Shown one piece after another: positions 1 through 12,094 of a stretch of 64,000 nucleotides of DNA. Source of the stretch: a virus (lineage: Duplodnaviria > Heunggongvirae > Uroviricota > Caudoviricetes > Straboviridae); IMG/VR virus record IMGVR_UViG_2706796059_000001; one strand, written 5' to 3'. How positions within the stretch are numbered: position 1 is the stretch's first letter; every line of letters begins with the position of its first letter. The notes under the pieces are model-generated. The model was not told the origin of the DNA, searched no databases, and worked only from the letters and a program-made list of their open reading frames with translations. The position numbers were made by a program, and so were the translations under genes.

Positions 1-406
1 CGAAGATCTGATGCGAGTACATCATCAAGCGAACCATCCCCTGCGATAATAGCTTTCGCAGATGTAACCGCGCTATCAGAAGCAGTCATGAAAAATTCAC
101 GACCACGACGGAATGGCAATGGCATTGGTTCAAATGATTCATCGATTGGTAGTTCTACTTTATCAACGACTTCAGTTTTCACTTCGGAAATTTCTTTAAT
201 TTCTTTGGTTTCATCTTTCGTCTCTACAAGAAGTTCTTCCCATGGTAGTTGTTTCAATGGCGTTTTACCTTCAGCTTCTTCTACAAGCTTCTTAGCCATT
301 GCGCCTTTTGATTTACGACGGTCAAGTTCGATGCCGTAATATTCTTTTGCAAACTCGTCTAGTTTTTCTTTAGTTAACGACTCTGCGTGTTTTTTCAATT
401 GACTCA
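1..406 (-). CDS. hypothetical protein, N-terminal part only (gene continues past window start)
   Basis: Reverse-strand ORF with ATG at 406-404 preceded by a GGAGA RBS. It begins MSQLKKHAESLTKEKLDEF. I recognise no family. Confidence 0.4.
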
Positions 407-502
407 TTGTGAATCTCCAAATTTAATCATTCGTTTATATTTAGACAGGTTGACTTATATTATTTAGTCTTGTACAGTATAGGTTCACATTGGAGAATAA
501 AA

Positions 503-1600
503 ATGAAAGCGAAAATGAACTTGATGCAAAAATACATTGTCGGGGGTGCAGTACGCGACTCCATACTGAAGCACGTAGATGGTTGGTCTAGCTTCCCGAA
601 AGATATTGATTACGTCGTCACTGGTTGTACACACGAACAAATGATGTCTATGTACGGTGAACCAATCGGCGTTGATTTCCCTGTTTGGCTCGATAAAGAC
701 AACAATGAAGTCGCGCTTGCTCGTGTAGAGCGTAGCACTGGCGGTAAAACCACTGACTTCACTTTCACAACTGAAGGTGTCACGTTAGAAGATGACTTAT
801 CACGACGAGATCTGACTATCAACTCGATGGCTATTCCTGACATGACGCCAAATAGTCTGTTTATGTTTGGGTCTACTGATGATGTAATCGACCCGTACGG
901 CGGTCTAGATGACTTGAAGAACAAGATTCTCCGTCATACAACTGAAGCGTTTGCCGAAGACCCGTTGCGTGTTCTGCGCGTCGCTCGTTTCTATGCTCGA
1001 TACTACAGCATGGGATTCACAGTCGCAGAAGAGACAGTTGATCTATGCAAGAAAATGATCAACGACGGTATGCTTGAGAATCTACCGAAAGAACGTGTTT
1101 GGCTTGAAACACAAAAAGCACTGTCAGAGAAAGACGCGCACATGTACTTTGTGTTTCTAAGTCAGATTGGGTTCTCACCGAGACCATATGCACATGAGAT
1201 TCATTCTCTCCGACACTTCAGACGAATGCCGTTTCACTGTGAAGATGATCAGTTGATGGCAAAATGGGCTGCGTTAAACCGTCGCCGACGTTTCGGGTCA
1301 TACTTCGGTGAAACTAAGAAATTCAGAAAGGCATCTGAGATTCTAATGAAGTTGGAATATGCAAGTGTTTTTGATGAAACAATCATTTTAATTCTCGAAA
1401 CAATAGGCGCATACAAAGGGCATCTACCATTTCAAGTTGCACTTTCTCAGATCACAGATGAAGTTAAACGAAATGTAATCACTGAAATAATCGACTTAAC
1501 TCGAAATGTCAAAGTTGACGTTGAACCGGGACCTGCATACGGCGAAGCTCTAACAGATGAACGTGTTAATATAGCCTACAAATATTTGCATAGTCTATAA
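503..1600 (+). CDS. cca: tRNA nucleotidyltransferase (CCA-adding enzyme), poly(A) polymerase family
   Basis: The N-terminal GGAVRD motif, a DID..V segment and RRDLTINSMA are typical of the class II nucleotidyltransferase head domain. ATG at 503 has a GGAGAA RBS. The track ORF starts at 470. Confidence 0.8.
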   Translation: MKAKMNLMQKYIVGGAVRDSILKHVDGWSSFPKDIDYVVTGCTHEQMMSMYGEPIGVDFPVWLDKDNNEVALARVERSTGGKTTDFTFTTEGVTLEDDLSRRDLTINSMAIPDMTPNSLFMFGSTDDVIDPYGGLDDLKNKILRHTTEAFAEDPLRVLRVARFYARYYSMGFTVAEETVDLCKKMINDGMLENLPKERVWLETQKALSEKDAHMYFVFLSQIGFSPRPYAHEIHSLRHFRRMPFHCEDDQLMAKWAALNRRRRFGSYFGETKKFRKASEILMKLEYASVFDETIILILETIGAYKGHLPFQVALSQITDEVKRNVITEIIDLTRNVKVDVEPGPAYGEALTDERVNIAYKYLHSL

Positions 1601-1605
1601 ACGCA

Positions 1606-1636
1606 AAAAGGGACTCCGAAGAGTCCCTTTTGTTGT
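1606..1636. terminator. bidirectional rho-independent terminator between cca and gp23
   Basis: aagggactc-cgaa-gagtccctt hairpin with an A-run 5' and a T-rich run 3'. Confidence 0.6.
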
Positions 1637-1656
1637 CTGTTTCAATTAAGAGTCTA

Positions 1657-3201
1657 TTATAGACCCTTAACGAATACACGACGGAAGTAAGCGTTTTTAC
1701 CCATTGAAGCTGCAACAGGCGCGCCGTTACCAACTTTTTCAGCAGACTTAGTAGGATCTGCGAATGGGTTAACTTGAATACCGTAACGAGTTTTGAAACC
1801 AATTACAGGTTGGAAGTTCTTGCTGTCTGAACCACGTAGTGGAGTCAGCGGTACGTAAGGTGAGTAGAACACACCAGCGTCCATTTCAGTAGAACCTTTG
1901 AAACCAACTGTGAAGTAATCGTTCACTGCGTATTGGTCGATGAACACTTTGAAGCGACCACCTAGAACACCCGCGAACACAGTTTGGTTTGTGTCAGTGT
2001 TCATTGAACCGTCTTGCATACCTTGTGCAGCAGGGCCAACAAGAGTATCAGTCATTGATAGTGCAGAAACTACGTTGCGTGATGCAATGATGAAGTTACC
2101 GTTACCACGACCAGTTTGACGACCGATTTCGTTCGCTTCTTTCTCAATTTGAATTAGTAGAGCTTTGTAAGCTTCACCAGCCCAACGAGCACCTTTAACG
2201 TCTACAGCGTCTGCGAAGTCGAATACACCCGCTGCGCCTTGACCTTGAGTCCAACCAGACTTACCGATTTGCGCTTGAGAGTTAACTAGGTTAACGATTT
2301 CGCGGTTAAGCTCAACCATAACTTCGTTAGCAAGAATACCGCTAAGTTCAGCGTCAGCGTCTAGACCGTGTACAGCACGTAGATCTTGTGCAAGCTCGAT
2401 TGAGTATTGAGCTTTCAATTGACGTGATTTCGCTTCAACAACTTGTTTGTCGATGCGGAATGACATCTCGTTCCACTCGTTGTTGCTTGAACCGTTGAAG
2501 TTCTCTTGTAGTTCAGCCTGAGATGTTGCCATACCAGCGTCGATCTCAACTAGAAGACCACCTGCAACTGCGTCAGTGTATTCTGTAGCAGTCATTTCAC
2601 CTGCAACTGCTAGAGTAACAGCGCCAAGTGCTAGGAAGTAACGAGTGTCAACGTCGCCACCAGAAGTAGTTACTTCAGCTTTGTACGGAGTACCGTCAGT
2701 TGCAGCACCAGTAGTTGGGAAATCTGCAATTGTTGATGCAGCAGCTTGACCAGAGAACGAAGCGTCAGCTTGACGAGTCGGGTGGAAAGCTTCTTTACCA
2801 GTTAGCGGGTCTTTACCGTATACTGAGCGAAGTGTGAATACTTGGCTAGTTGGGCCAGTCATTGGCTGAACACCAGCGATATCGAATGCGATAAGCTGAG
2901 GAATAGCACGACGAACCATACCCATTACAGTTGGACCGATGTTTGTTACTGCACCAGTAGTAACACCTTGAGCGATGTTAGACGGATCGTAACCATGGTC
3001 ACCGTTAACTACAGCTTCGTTTAGACCAGCATTGAATGCTTCGATTAGCTGTGGGTCACGGTACATTGGATCGTTGTTGATGTCGCGATCTTGGTTTTCA
3101 AAGATTTTCGACATGATTTTTTGCTTAGTTGCAGTCGCAATCTCTGGCATTTCCGCACCGTCTGCTTCAAGCAATTCTTTCCATTTTTCAGTTAGGTTCA
3201 T
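1657..3201 (-). CDS. gp23: major capsid protein gp23
   Basis: KWKELLEADGAEMPEIA...KIFENQ... GDHGYD... IGPTVMGMVRRAIPQLIAFDIAGVQPM closely matches the T4 gp23 N-terminus as I recall it. Length is 514 aa. Confidence 0.92.
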   Translation of the reverse strand: MNLTEKWKELLEADGAEMPEIATATKQKIMSKIFENQDRDINNDPMYRDPQLIEAFNAGLNEAVVNGDHGYDPSNIAQGVTTGAVTNIGPTVMGMVRRAIPQLIAFDIAGVQPMTGPTSQVFTLRSVYGKDPLTGKEAFHPTRQADASFSGQAAASTIADFPTTGAATDGTPYKAEVTTSGGDVDTRYFLALGAVTLAVAGEMTATEYTDAVAGGLLVEIDAGMATSQAELQENFNGSSNNEWNEMSFRIDKQVVEAKSRQLKAQYSIELAQDLRAVHGLDADAELSGILANEVMVELNREIVNLVNSQAQIGKSGWTQGQGAAGVFDFADAVDVKGARWAGEAYKALLIQIEKEANEIGRQTGRGNGNFIIASRNVVSALSMTDTLVGPAAQGMQDGSMNTDTNQTVFAGVLGGRFKVFIDQYAVNDYFTVGFKGSTEMDAGVFYSPYVPLTPLRGSDSKNFQPVIGFKTRYGIQVNPFADPTKSAEKVGNGAPVAASMGKNAYFRRVFVKGL

Positions 3202-3239
3202 TTGAATGATTCCTTAATTTGTTCTAAAATTTATAGATG

Positions 3240-3247
3240 TATTTATA
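3240..3247 (-). promoter_or_regulatory. T4-type late promoter (TATAAATA on minus strand) upstream of gp23
   Basis: tatttata on the plus strand, about 40 nt upstream of the gp23 start. Confidence 0.5.
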
Positions 3248-3271
3248 TAACGCTTTTTGACGTTTTATTGC

Positions 3272-4129
3272 TTATCGATTAGTACGAGCAGCTTTCAAGT
3301 ATGCAGCCATAGATGGTACTGCGGATTCTTTCATATCTTTGTCGTCTTTCTTGTCAGCGTCGTCTTCACCGTCTTTTTTATCAGCCGGTTTTTTGTCGTC
3401 ATCACTTGGCATATCTTCTTTCTCAGCAAGTTTGATGCCTGATGCGAACTTGATAACACTATTTAGATTGTCTTCAAAGTTCTCGTCGAAGCGAATTGAT
3501 TCAGCTAGGTCAGAAACTTTCTCTTTTTGAGAGTCAGCCATACCAGCAGTCACGCGCTCGATGATGATATTTTTTTCTACGTAGTTAGCGTATTCTTTGT
3601 GTTGACGGTTCTCGATAACAACTGTATCTAGACGACCTTCAAGATCTTGAATGTTTTCTTCAAGAGCTTCGATCATGTCGATCTTCTCGTCTGGGCAGTG
3701 AACGTTGTTCTCAATGAATACATTCTTCATGCCTTCCATCAACCCGTCGAACATTGAAACTTTTAGACCGTTTTCAACAGCTAGTTTGTTTTCAGTCATC
3801 CATGTTTCAACAACGTGGTCTAGATATGAATCTAGTTTATTCGACATTTGCTCTGCTAGATGTTCACCGTATTTTTCAGCGGCTTCATCAAGCTCTGCTT
3901 TGTGTTCGTTGATTACTGCTTCTGCCTTTTCAGCAGCTTCAGCGATATGTGCTTCAGCAAGCTCAACGGCTTTAGTTTTGATTACACTTTCGAAAACAGT
4001 GCTGAACTTATTACGAACATCTTCGGAAAGTTCAACTGATTCAAAAATGCCATCCAAAGCAGTAGTGATTTTTGCATCGTCTTGCGATACAGCTTCAAGT
4101 AGTTGCTCTTTGATTTGCATCTTCTTCAA
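3272..4129 (-). CDS. gp22: prohead core scaffold protein gp22
   Basis: Acidic, coiled-coil-rich 285-aa protein lying between gp23 and gp21 as in T4. Confidence 0.7.
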   Translation of the reverse strand: MKKMQIKEQLLEAVSQDDAKITTALDGIFESVELSEDVRNKFSTVFESVIKTKAVELAEAHIAEAAEKAEAVINEHKAELDEAAEKYGEHLAEQMSNKLDSYLDHVVETWMTENKLAVENGLKVSMFDGLMEGMKNVFIENNVHCPDEKIDMIEALEENIQDLEGRLDTVVIENRQHKEYANYVEKNIIIERVTAGMADSQKEKVSDLAESIRFDENFEDNLNSVIKFASGIKLAEKEDMPSDDDKKPADKKDGEDDADKKDDKDMKESAVPSMAAYLKAARTNR

Positions 4130-4149
4130 TTCCTTAAATATGTTTTATA

Positions 4150-4157
4150 TATTTATA
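4150..4157 (-). promoter_or_regulatory. late promoter TATAAATA upstream of gp22
   Basis: tatttata on the plus strand, immediately upstream of the gp22 start. Confidence 0.4.
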
Positions 4158-4794
4158 AGAGAGTTTTTAACGTTTCCGCTAGTTTCGCAAATTCAGCGTC
4201 ATTACTTTCTGTAATTTCTTCTGTTTTTACTGACTTAGCAGCTTCATTTGACTCAGTTACTGGTTTAACGTAAGCAGCAGGTGCACTAGGACCCCACACT
4301 ACATCAACGCCTACTGTAAGACGGAAATCTTGCACTTCGTTGATGCCGTCAACTTGCTTAACTGAACCAAGACCTCTTGAACTCACGCCCGGTACCCAAC
4401 CACCTTCGATTAGACCTCGAACTATTTGTCCCTTCGGTGTATTTAGTACGATAGCTTTACCCATTACGTTATCGCCGTCCCACCACAACTCAGTAATTCG
4501 AATCGCAGCTTCAGCGGGGTCAACGTTTGAACGACTTGGGTGATTAAGCTCGCCCAACGCTTGATTCGTGTTGACTTGTTCTTTCATGTATTTAGATACA
4601 GCATTTTCCATGACTTTTTTCGGGTATCGACGACCATTACGGTTTACGACATTCGATTGCATGAAAATACCTTCGATGTACAAGTCACCGCCCTTTTCCG
4701 TGGGCATTTTCGCTTCAACAAGAGGCTTTTCACCGAAGCTATCAGCGCAACCGCTAGATAAACCCCAGTCTTCAATTAAGAGTTGTAATTCCAT
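4153..4794 (-). CDS. gp21: prohead core protease gp21
   Basis: 213 aa (T4 gp21 is 212 aa), in the T4 position between gp68 and gp22. Confidence 0.7.
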   Translation of the reverse strand: MELQLLIEDWGLSSGCADSFGEKPLVEAKMPTEKGGDLYIEGIFMQSNVVNRNGRRYPKKVMENAVSKYMKEQVNTNQALGELNHPSRSNVDPAEAAIRITELWWDGDNVMGKAIVLNTPKGQIVRGLIEGGWVPGVSSRGLGSVKQVDGINEVQDFRLTVGVDVVWGPSAPAAYVKPVTESNEAAKSVKTEEITESNDAEFAKLAETLKTLL

Positions 4795-4796
4795 AA

Positions 4797-5288
4797 TTAA
4801 AGCCCCATTTGTTGACGCTTCTTCATCGACTTCTTACGCAATTTTTTTGCTTTACGATCTGCACTAGTGCCTTTCATACGCTTGCGTGTTTTAGCCGCTT
4901 TTCGCGCTGTTTTTTGTCTCTTCGATTTACTTAGACCAGTTGTTTGAGTCGCTTTTCGCGCTCTGGTTTTTCGGTCTTTGCGCTTCGTAATTAAACTACC
5001 GCCAGCTTTTTTGTTAGCAATAGAAACTTGCTTAACTAGCTTTTCGGAAAGTTCGAATTTTTCACACGCTTCATCGATTGATAACCCGTCTTCAAGAGAA
5101 CTTAGCACGTCAAGTACAACTTCAACTTCGTTCGTGATGTCTTTATTGCTGTGAACGCCGATATCTTCAGCTTCAGCAAACGCTTTGATAGTGTCGCTGA
5201 TATCTTGGCGATCTAACTGACCACCAAGAACTGCTTCTACCAAATCTTCGACGATTTTCTCTTGAACGGCTTCGGAAATGAACTTCAT
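4797..5288 (-). CDS. gp68: prohead core protein gp68-like with a Lys/Arg-rich C-terminal tail
   Basis: Position between gp67/gp20 and gp21. The last 60 aa are extremely basic (KRKDRKTRARK...). Confidence 0.5.
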   Translation of the reverse strand: MKFISEAVQEKIVEDLVEAVLGGQLDRQDISDTIKAFAEAEDIGVHSNKDITNEVEVVLDVLSSLEDGLSIDEACEKFELSEKLVKQVSIANKKAGGSLITKRKDRKTRARKATQTTGLSKSKRQKTARKAAKTRKRMKGTSADRKAKKLRKKSMKKRQQMGL

Positions 5289-5456
5289 TTAGTCCTCCTG
5301 ATTGATTTCACCGTCTACTGTAATTGAACGACCAAGTTCTTGCTTCATGTCGTCAATACGCGCCGCTACACGCTGACCGATTTCTTGGCGAAATTGAGAT
5401 TCAAAATCTGCCAATTTACCGTCTCGTGCCGCTGCTACCATTGTTTCTAAGCTCAT
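5289..5456 (-). CDS. gp67: small prohead core protein (gp67-like)
   Basis: 55-aa ORF (MSLETMVAAARDGKLADFESQFRQEIGQRVAARIDDMKQELGRSITVDGEINQED) between gp20 and gp68, as in the T4 order 20-67-68-21. It is below the track cutoff. Confidence 0.5.
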   Translation of the reverse strand: MSLETMVAAARDGKLADFESQFRQEIGQRVAARIDDMKQELGRSITVDGEINQED

Positions 5457-5469
5457 TATGTGCTACCTC

Positions 5470-7020
5470 TTAAAATCCGTGATCGTCTTGTTGGAACCTT
5501 GGGTTTGTCTCTTCTTCGTCAATCTCACTCTGCATAGCAGTGATTTGATCGTCAGACAAACGTAAAATGTTCTTCTGAATGTATTTATGACTGTAATATT
5601 TGCCCGCGTACTCTTGCACGTCGCGCATTGCGTTCATACGACTATTTAGAATCTCTAATTCCTTAGCTTCTTCAAAATACGAGTCTTGGTTGAAAACAAC
5701 ATACAGTTTTTCGTGGTTTGCATCCCACTCTTCTTCTGTTATGATGTTATTTACAATCAACTGATGTTTTAACGGGTCAGTGATTACAGTTTCGAATTTC
5801 GTCTGCAAACGCTTAACGAATTTCGTGAATTTCAGCTCATCACGCGAAATTTCAGTGCCTTGACCGAAGTTGATACCACCATTTTGATCTTCTGTCGCTG
5901 CGCGTGATGTAGGAATACGCATCGCTTTGTACAACTTACGATTGAAGTACAGAACGTCTTCGATGTCACCAAGTGACTGACCGCCAGGTAGTGTGCTTAC
6001 TTCTGTACCCTTCGAACCTTCTCGGCGAGGAAGATAGTAATCTTCAAGCATTGACATTGCGTTAGTCGTATTCTTGACTTTACCTGTTGATGTATCATAC
6101 ACAATGCGGTTTTTAACGTTTTGCATGATGCCGTTTACGTATTGCTGTGCTTTCTGAGTTGGCAAGTTACCTACGTCAACATAAAACACTCGACGTTCAG
6201 GTGCACGTGCTAGACGGTATATTACCAATGCGTCTTCTAGCATCTTCAACTGGTTCGCAGGTTTAATTGCGCGATCTAAGTAGCCGATAATATACGGCTC
6301 GTCAGCACATCCCTTCATTAACCCGCTGTGAGCAAATACGATAGCATCTTTCGGAATTCTGAATGATGATTGTGAGCGAGAAGAACCACTCATCCATGAC
6401 GGCATTTTGTAATCAGATTGCTTGTAAACGTAATACTCAAGCGTGCCCTTTACAACTTCAACACCATCAATAGTCTCTTTTTGAATTTCGCGAACTAGTT
6501 CCATTTTTGTCGGGTCTAGTGGGCGCAACTCAATGATATTATCTTCTTTGTCTAGAATTTTGTGAAAGTAGATTCGAGAATCAACGTACCATTTTCGAAA
6601 CCACTTGTAGCCGTGCTTACGCATCTGTAGTAAGCCAACCACTCGATCAAATTCTTCGTTAATTTTAGTCTTGATATTTTCTGAGAAGTCAGTGTTGTCT
6701 AAGTTCAACCACACAACTTCTTTATCGTTTTCATAAACGATAGCTTCATCGACGATTTCTTGAATAGCATCATCGACTTCGTGATATTCTGCTAGTGCTC
6801 GATATCCCTTTATCAACTCTTTTACGGGTACTGTCCCTTGAGCAGATTGACCGTCAGTCGGGATAAAGTTAGTTCCCATTTGAGGTGCTAATAAGTTAGT
6901 ATGAATCTCTTTAGCACCATCTACGTTATCTGGCGCAGAAAACGAACGAACAGGGTTTTTATCGATTTGTTGTATTTCCTGTTCTTCTTCTTTCGCCCAG
7001 AATTTCATAAACTCTAACAT
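5470..7020 (-). CDS. gp20: portal vertex protein gp20
   Basis: 516 aa (T4 gp20 is 524 aa), in the conserved position between gp19 and gp67. Confidence 0.8.
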   Translation of the reverse strand: MLEFMKFWAKEEEQEIQQIDKNPVRSFSAPDNVDGAKEIHTNLLAPQMGTNFIPTDGQSAQGTVPVKELIKGYRALAEYHEVDDAIQEIVDEAIVYENDKEVVWLNLDNTDFSENIKTKINEEFDRVVGLLQMRKHGYKWFRKWYVDSRIYFHKILDKEDNIIELRPLDPTKMELVREIQKETIDGVEVVKGTLEYYVYKQSDYKMPSWMSGSSRSQSSFRIPKDAIVFAHSGLMKGCADEPYIIGYLDRAIKPANQLKMLEDALVIYRLARAPERRVFYVDVGNLPTQKAQQYVNGIMQNVKNRIVYDTSTGKVKNTTNAMSMLEDYYLPRREGSKGTEVSTLPGGQSLGDIEDVLYFNRKLYKAMRIPTSRAATEDQNGGINFGQGTEISRDELKFTKFVKRLQTKFETVITDPLKHQLIVNNIITEEEWDANHEKLYVVFNQDSYFEEAKELEILNSRMNAMRDVQEYAGKYYSHKYIQKNILRLSDDQITAMQSEIDEEETNPRFQQDDHGF

Positions 7021-7059
7021 ATTTTTACCTCAATAAAGGGGCAATTAAGCCCCTAGTCT

Positions 7060-7560
7060 TTAGTCCATTGTGAAGTAGTCTAGGCTGAATGTTACTTCAA
7101 ACGTTTCGATTTCGTTGTTTGAGTCCCAATCAAGCGCAACTTCACCGACCATTGTTGGGAAGATACCGAATACAGTTGCTGAAGTAGTCGGGTCGCCATT
7201 ACGGTCTAATTGCGTGATTGTACCAGTACGCTTGTACTGATCTGGCGTCTCACCTGAAATGTCTTTACCTAAGCCTACTGCACGAGCTTGCCATGCCAAG
7301 ATAGCTTTACGAATGTCGTGATTCTCATCATTGTAAACCGTAACGTTCCAATCATCGAAAGTACGATCACCTGCGATGTTGTATTTACGGTTCTGATATG
7401 AGACCTCAAGCTTTTCAACGCTGCCCGGTGGCATAGAAGAAGCTCGACATTGGAATTTAAAATTTTGTCCCAGATACGGAATCTCAACTTCGAACAAGTT
7501 TGGACGAGCGAAATCACCGTTACTGAAAGCTCTTTTAATGTTGTCTACATTAAGTGCCAT
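7060..7560 (-). CDS. gp19: tail tube protein gp19
   Basis: 166 aa (T4 gp19 is 163 aa), between gp18 and gp20. Confidence 0.8.
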   Translation of the reverse strand: MALNVDNIKRAFSNGDFARPNLFEVEIPYLGQNFKFQCRASSMPPGSVEKLEVSYQNRKYNIAGDRTFDDWNVTVYNDENHDIRKAILAWQARAVGLGKDISGETPDQYKRTGTITQLDRNGDPTTSATVFGIFPTMVGEVALDWDSNNEIETFEVTFSLDYFTMD

Positions 7561-7611
7561 TTTCTCTTACCTTATTATTTAGAGGGGCTAAAAAGCCCCT
7601 CGTGATTGCTC

Positions 7612-9627
7612 TTAGCCGATGATTTCTGCAAAGTCAGCGTCAGTTGACGTTGCTACGAAGTTCAGCGTAATGTAGTTGATTGACTTAGCAGGTTTCACGT
7701 AGATACTTGCTACAAACTCGTTTCTGTCGATGACAGACCCTGGGTTGTTTGTCTCATCACATACAACACGGAAATCGTAAATACCGCCTAGATCTTGAAT
7801 GTTAGTCAAGTAAGCGTCGATTTCTGATTTGAAGCTTGAGCGTGTGAACTCATCGTTCAATTCGAATAGACGATACTTAGCAGCATCTGAGATCGCTTTC
7901 TTCAGCAAGTTAAACAGACGACGCACGTTAATGCGATCAAATGCACTTGCTTGCTGTGTAGCAGTCTTATCACCGTATAGTACGAAGCCTTGACCTGCAA
8001 AGCCCACTACAGGGTTAATACCGATTTGATATAGCGCATCACGGTGAGCACGACGTAGATCAACTGCTAGACGGTTTACGCCCTTGATTTGACCACGATT
8101 GAAGCCCGCTGGTGACATCCAAGGTTGAGAAACTTGGTCAGTATAAGCACATAGACCTGCAATATCACCCGCTAGAGGAACCCAACGATTGCGATCTGAG
8201 TACTTGTCGTACTGATACTTATAGTTACCGTCAACCACTGCATAAGTCGTGCTTACGTTTAGATTGTCAGTTACAGGTTGACCGTTAGTCGGGTCGATAC
8301 CCGTGCGCCAGCCTTGAATATTCGCTACTGCAACATGCGCTTGTTTGTTGATTACGTGAACACCCGGTGGCGATACGAAAACAACACAGTCTTGACGTAC
8401 ATTACCGACTGAGTCAATCGCGTATTTTTGAACAGTCGATGCAATTGATAGTTCTTCTGCCGCAGCATTACCCGCAATGATCAAGTTTGTGTAAAGAACT
8501 TCTGGGTCAGATAGCATATCTAGACCAAGCATCCAGTCGTCTGCGCCAGCGTTAGCGTCGTAACCACCACCAAGATTGTATGCACCTGAGCCAGTATTCC
8601 AACCTTCTGCAATCGCAGTGATGTACGCAGAACCGCTATTTTCAAAGTACTCGTCGATGAAAATAGATTGACCGTTCACGTCTTTGTCACCTGGGTTCGT
8701 AGAAACGATGAACGCTTCTTCAACTTCACCAGATACGCGAACAATTACAGCGTATTGGTTGCTGTTTGCAGGGCCGAAAGTGAAGTAACTAGCTAGGTTG
8801 ATTGAACGAGTACCACCATCTGGGTAGATTGGTAGATCGATATCGCCTAGTGTATGACCAGCCGCGAATGCAAATGCAGTCTGATAGTCGGAGTAGTTAA
8901 TCACTTCAACAGAAATGTTGTCACCATAGCTACCAACATAACGTGCAGCAATACGAGAGAAACCTTGCTTCTCGATTAGATCAGCGTATTTCAATGCACC
9001 GCCTTCAGTTTCAATCTCTGTTAACGCACCTGTTGACAATTCGATATTAGGGAAGTATACTGAACCAGTATCAATAATTTCAATCGCAGAAAGTGCAATA
9101 TCACCTTGAGTTGGTTGTAGTGTAACTGTACCCACGCCCGGGTAGTTCCCGTCAGCTTTAGCAGCCGCAACGATCTCTGCCGAAGGCAAGAAAATCTTAG
9201 TTGCTGCGTTGTTGTTACCCGCATCTACTTCAAGTACTTTACCCTTTTCAGTAAGCGAACCAACACCTGAGTAAGTAATCGTGATTTCATCACCAACAAC
9301 ACAGCCGTTTGATGCACCTAGAGTGTATTCAACAGCGTTGTATAATGCAGTCGCGTTCTGAGCACTTGACTCATCACAGATACGCACTAGACGTAGATCG
9401 TTACCATACTTCAAGAAGTTGTTCGCAGTCATGAATGATGCTGCGGTATAGTCGTTTGGACGACCGAAAATAGTAACCAAGTCGGACTCTGAAGTTACTT
9501 GAGTGATGCTGTATGCTGGACCCCACTCAAATTTCCCCACCATAGCAGCACGCCCTGTAGACGCACGACCGATAGCACTTGCAAGGTTAATCTCTTTATT
9601 TTCGACACCCGGAGATAAAAGAGTCAT
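7612..9627 (-). CDS. gp18: tail sheath protein gp18
   Basis: 671 aa (T4 gp18 is 659 aa), in the conserved position. Confidence 0.85.
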   Translation of the reverse strand: MTLLSPGVENKEINLASAIGRASTGRAAMVGKFEWGPAYSITQVTSESDLVTIFGRPNDYTAASFMTANNFLKYGNDLRLVRICDESSAQNATALYNAVEYTLGASNGCVVGDEITITYSGVGSLTEKGKVLEVDAGNNNAATKIFLPSAEIVAAAKADGNYPGVGTVTLQPTQGDIALSAIEIIDTGSVYFPNIELSTGALTEIETEGGALKYADLIEKQGFSRIAARYVGSYGDNISVEVINYSDYQTAFAFAAGHTLGDIDLPIYPDGGTRSINLASYFTFGPANSNQYAVIVRVSGEVEEAFIVSTNPGDKDVNGQSIFIDEYFENSGSAYITAIAEGWNTGSGAYNLGGGYDANAGADDWMLGLDMLSDPEVLYTNLIIAGNAAAEELSIASTVQKYAIDSVGNVRQDCVVFVSPPGVHVINKQAHVAVANIQGWRTGIDPTNGQPVTDNLNVSTTYAVVDGNYKYQYDKYSDRNRWVPLAGDIAGLCAYTDQVSQPWMSPAGFNRGQIKGVNRLAVDLRRAHRDALYQIGINPVVGFAGQGFVLYGDKTATQQASAFDRINVRRLFNLLKKAISDAAKYRLFELNDEFTRSSFKSEIDAYLTNIQDLGGIYDFRVVCDETNNPGSVIDRNEFVASIYVKPAKSINYITLNFVATSTDADFAEIIG

Positions 9628-9673
9628 TTATTTTTCCTTACCATTAAGTTGTTTGTTCATTTAATATTTATAA

Positions 9674-11984
<2,311 letters not shown>

Positions 11985-11994
11985 ACGTTCCTCT

Positions 11995-12020
11995 CTAAAA
12001 CGCTCTGTGAGCGTTTTTCA
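11995..12020 (-). terminator. rho-independent terminator downstream of the 12095..12643 ORF
   Basis: aaaacgctc-tgtg-agcgtttt hairpin followed by a T-run on the minus strand. Confidence 0.5.
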
Positions 12021-12094
12021 ATAATATGAGTACAAACACTCAATACAATAGACAAACGCTGCGTACGTTAAGCACACAGCGATATAAACAGGTA

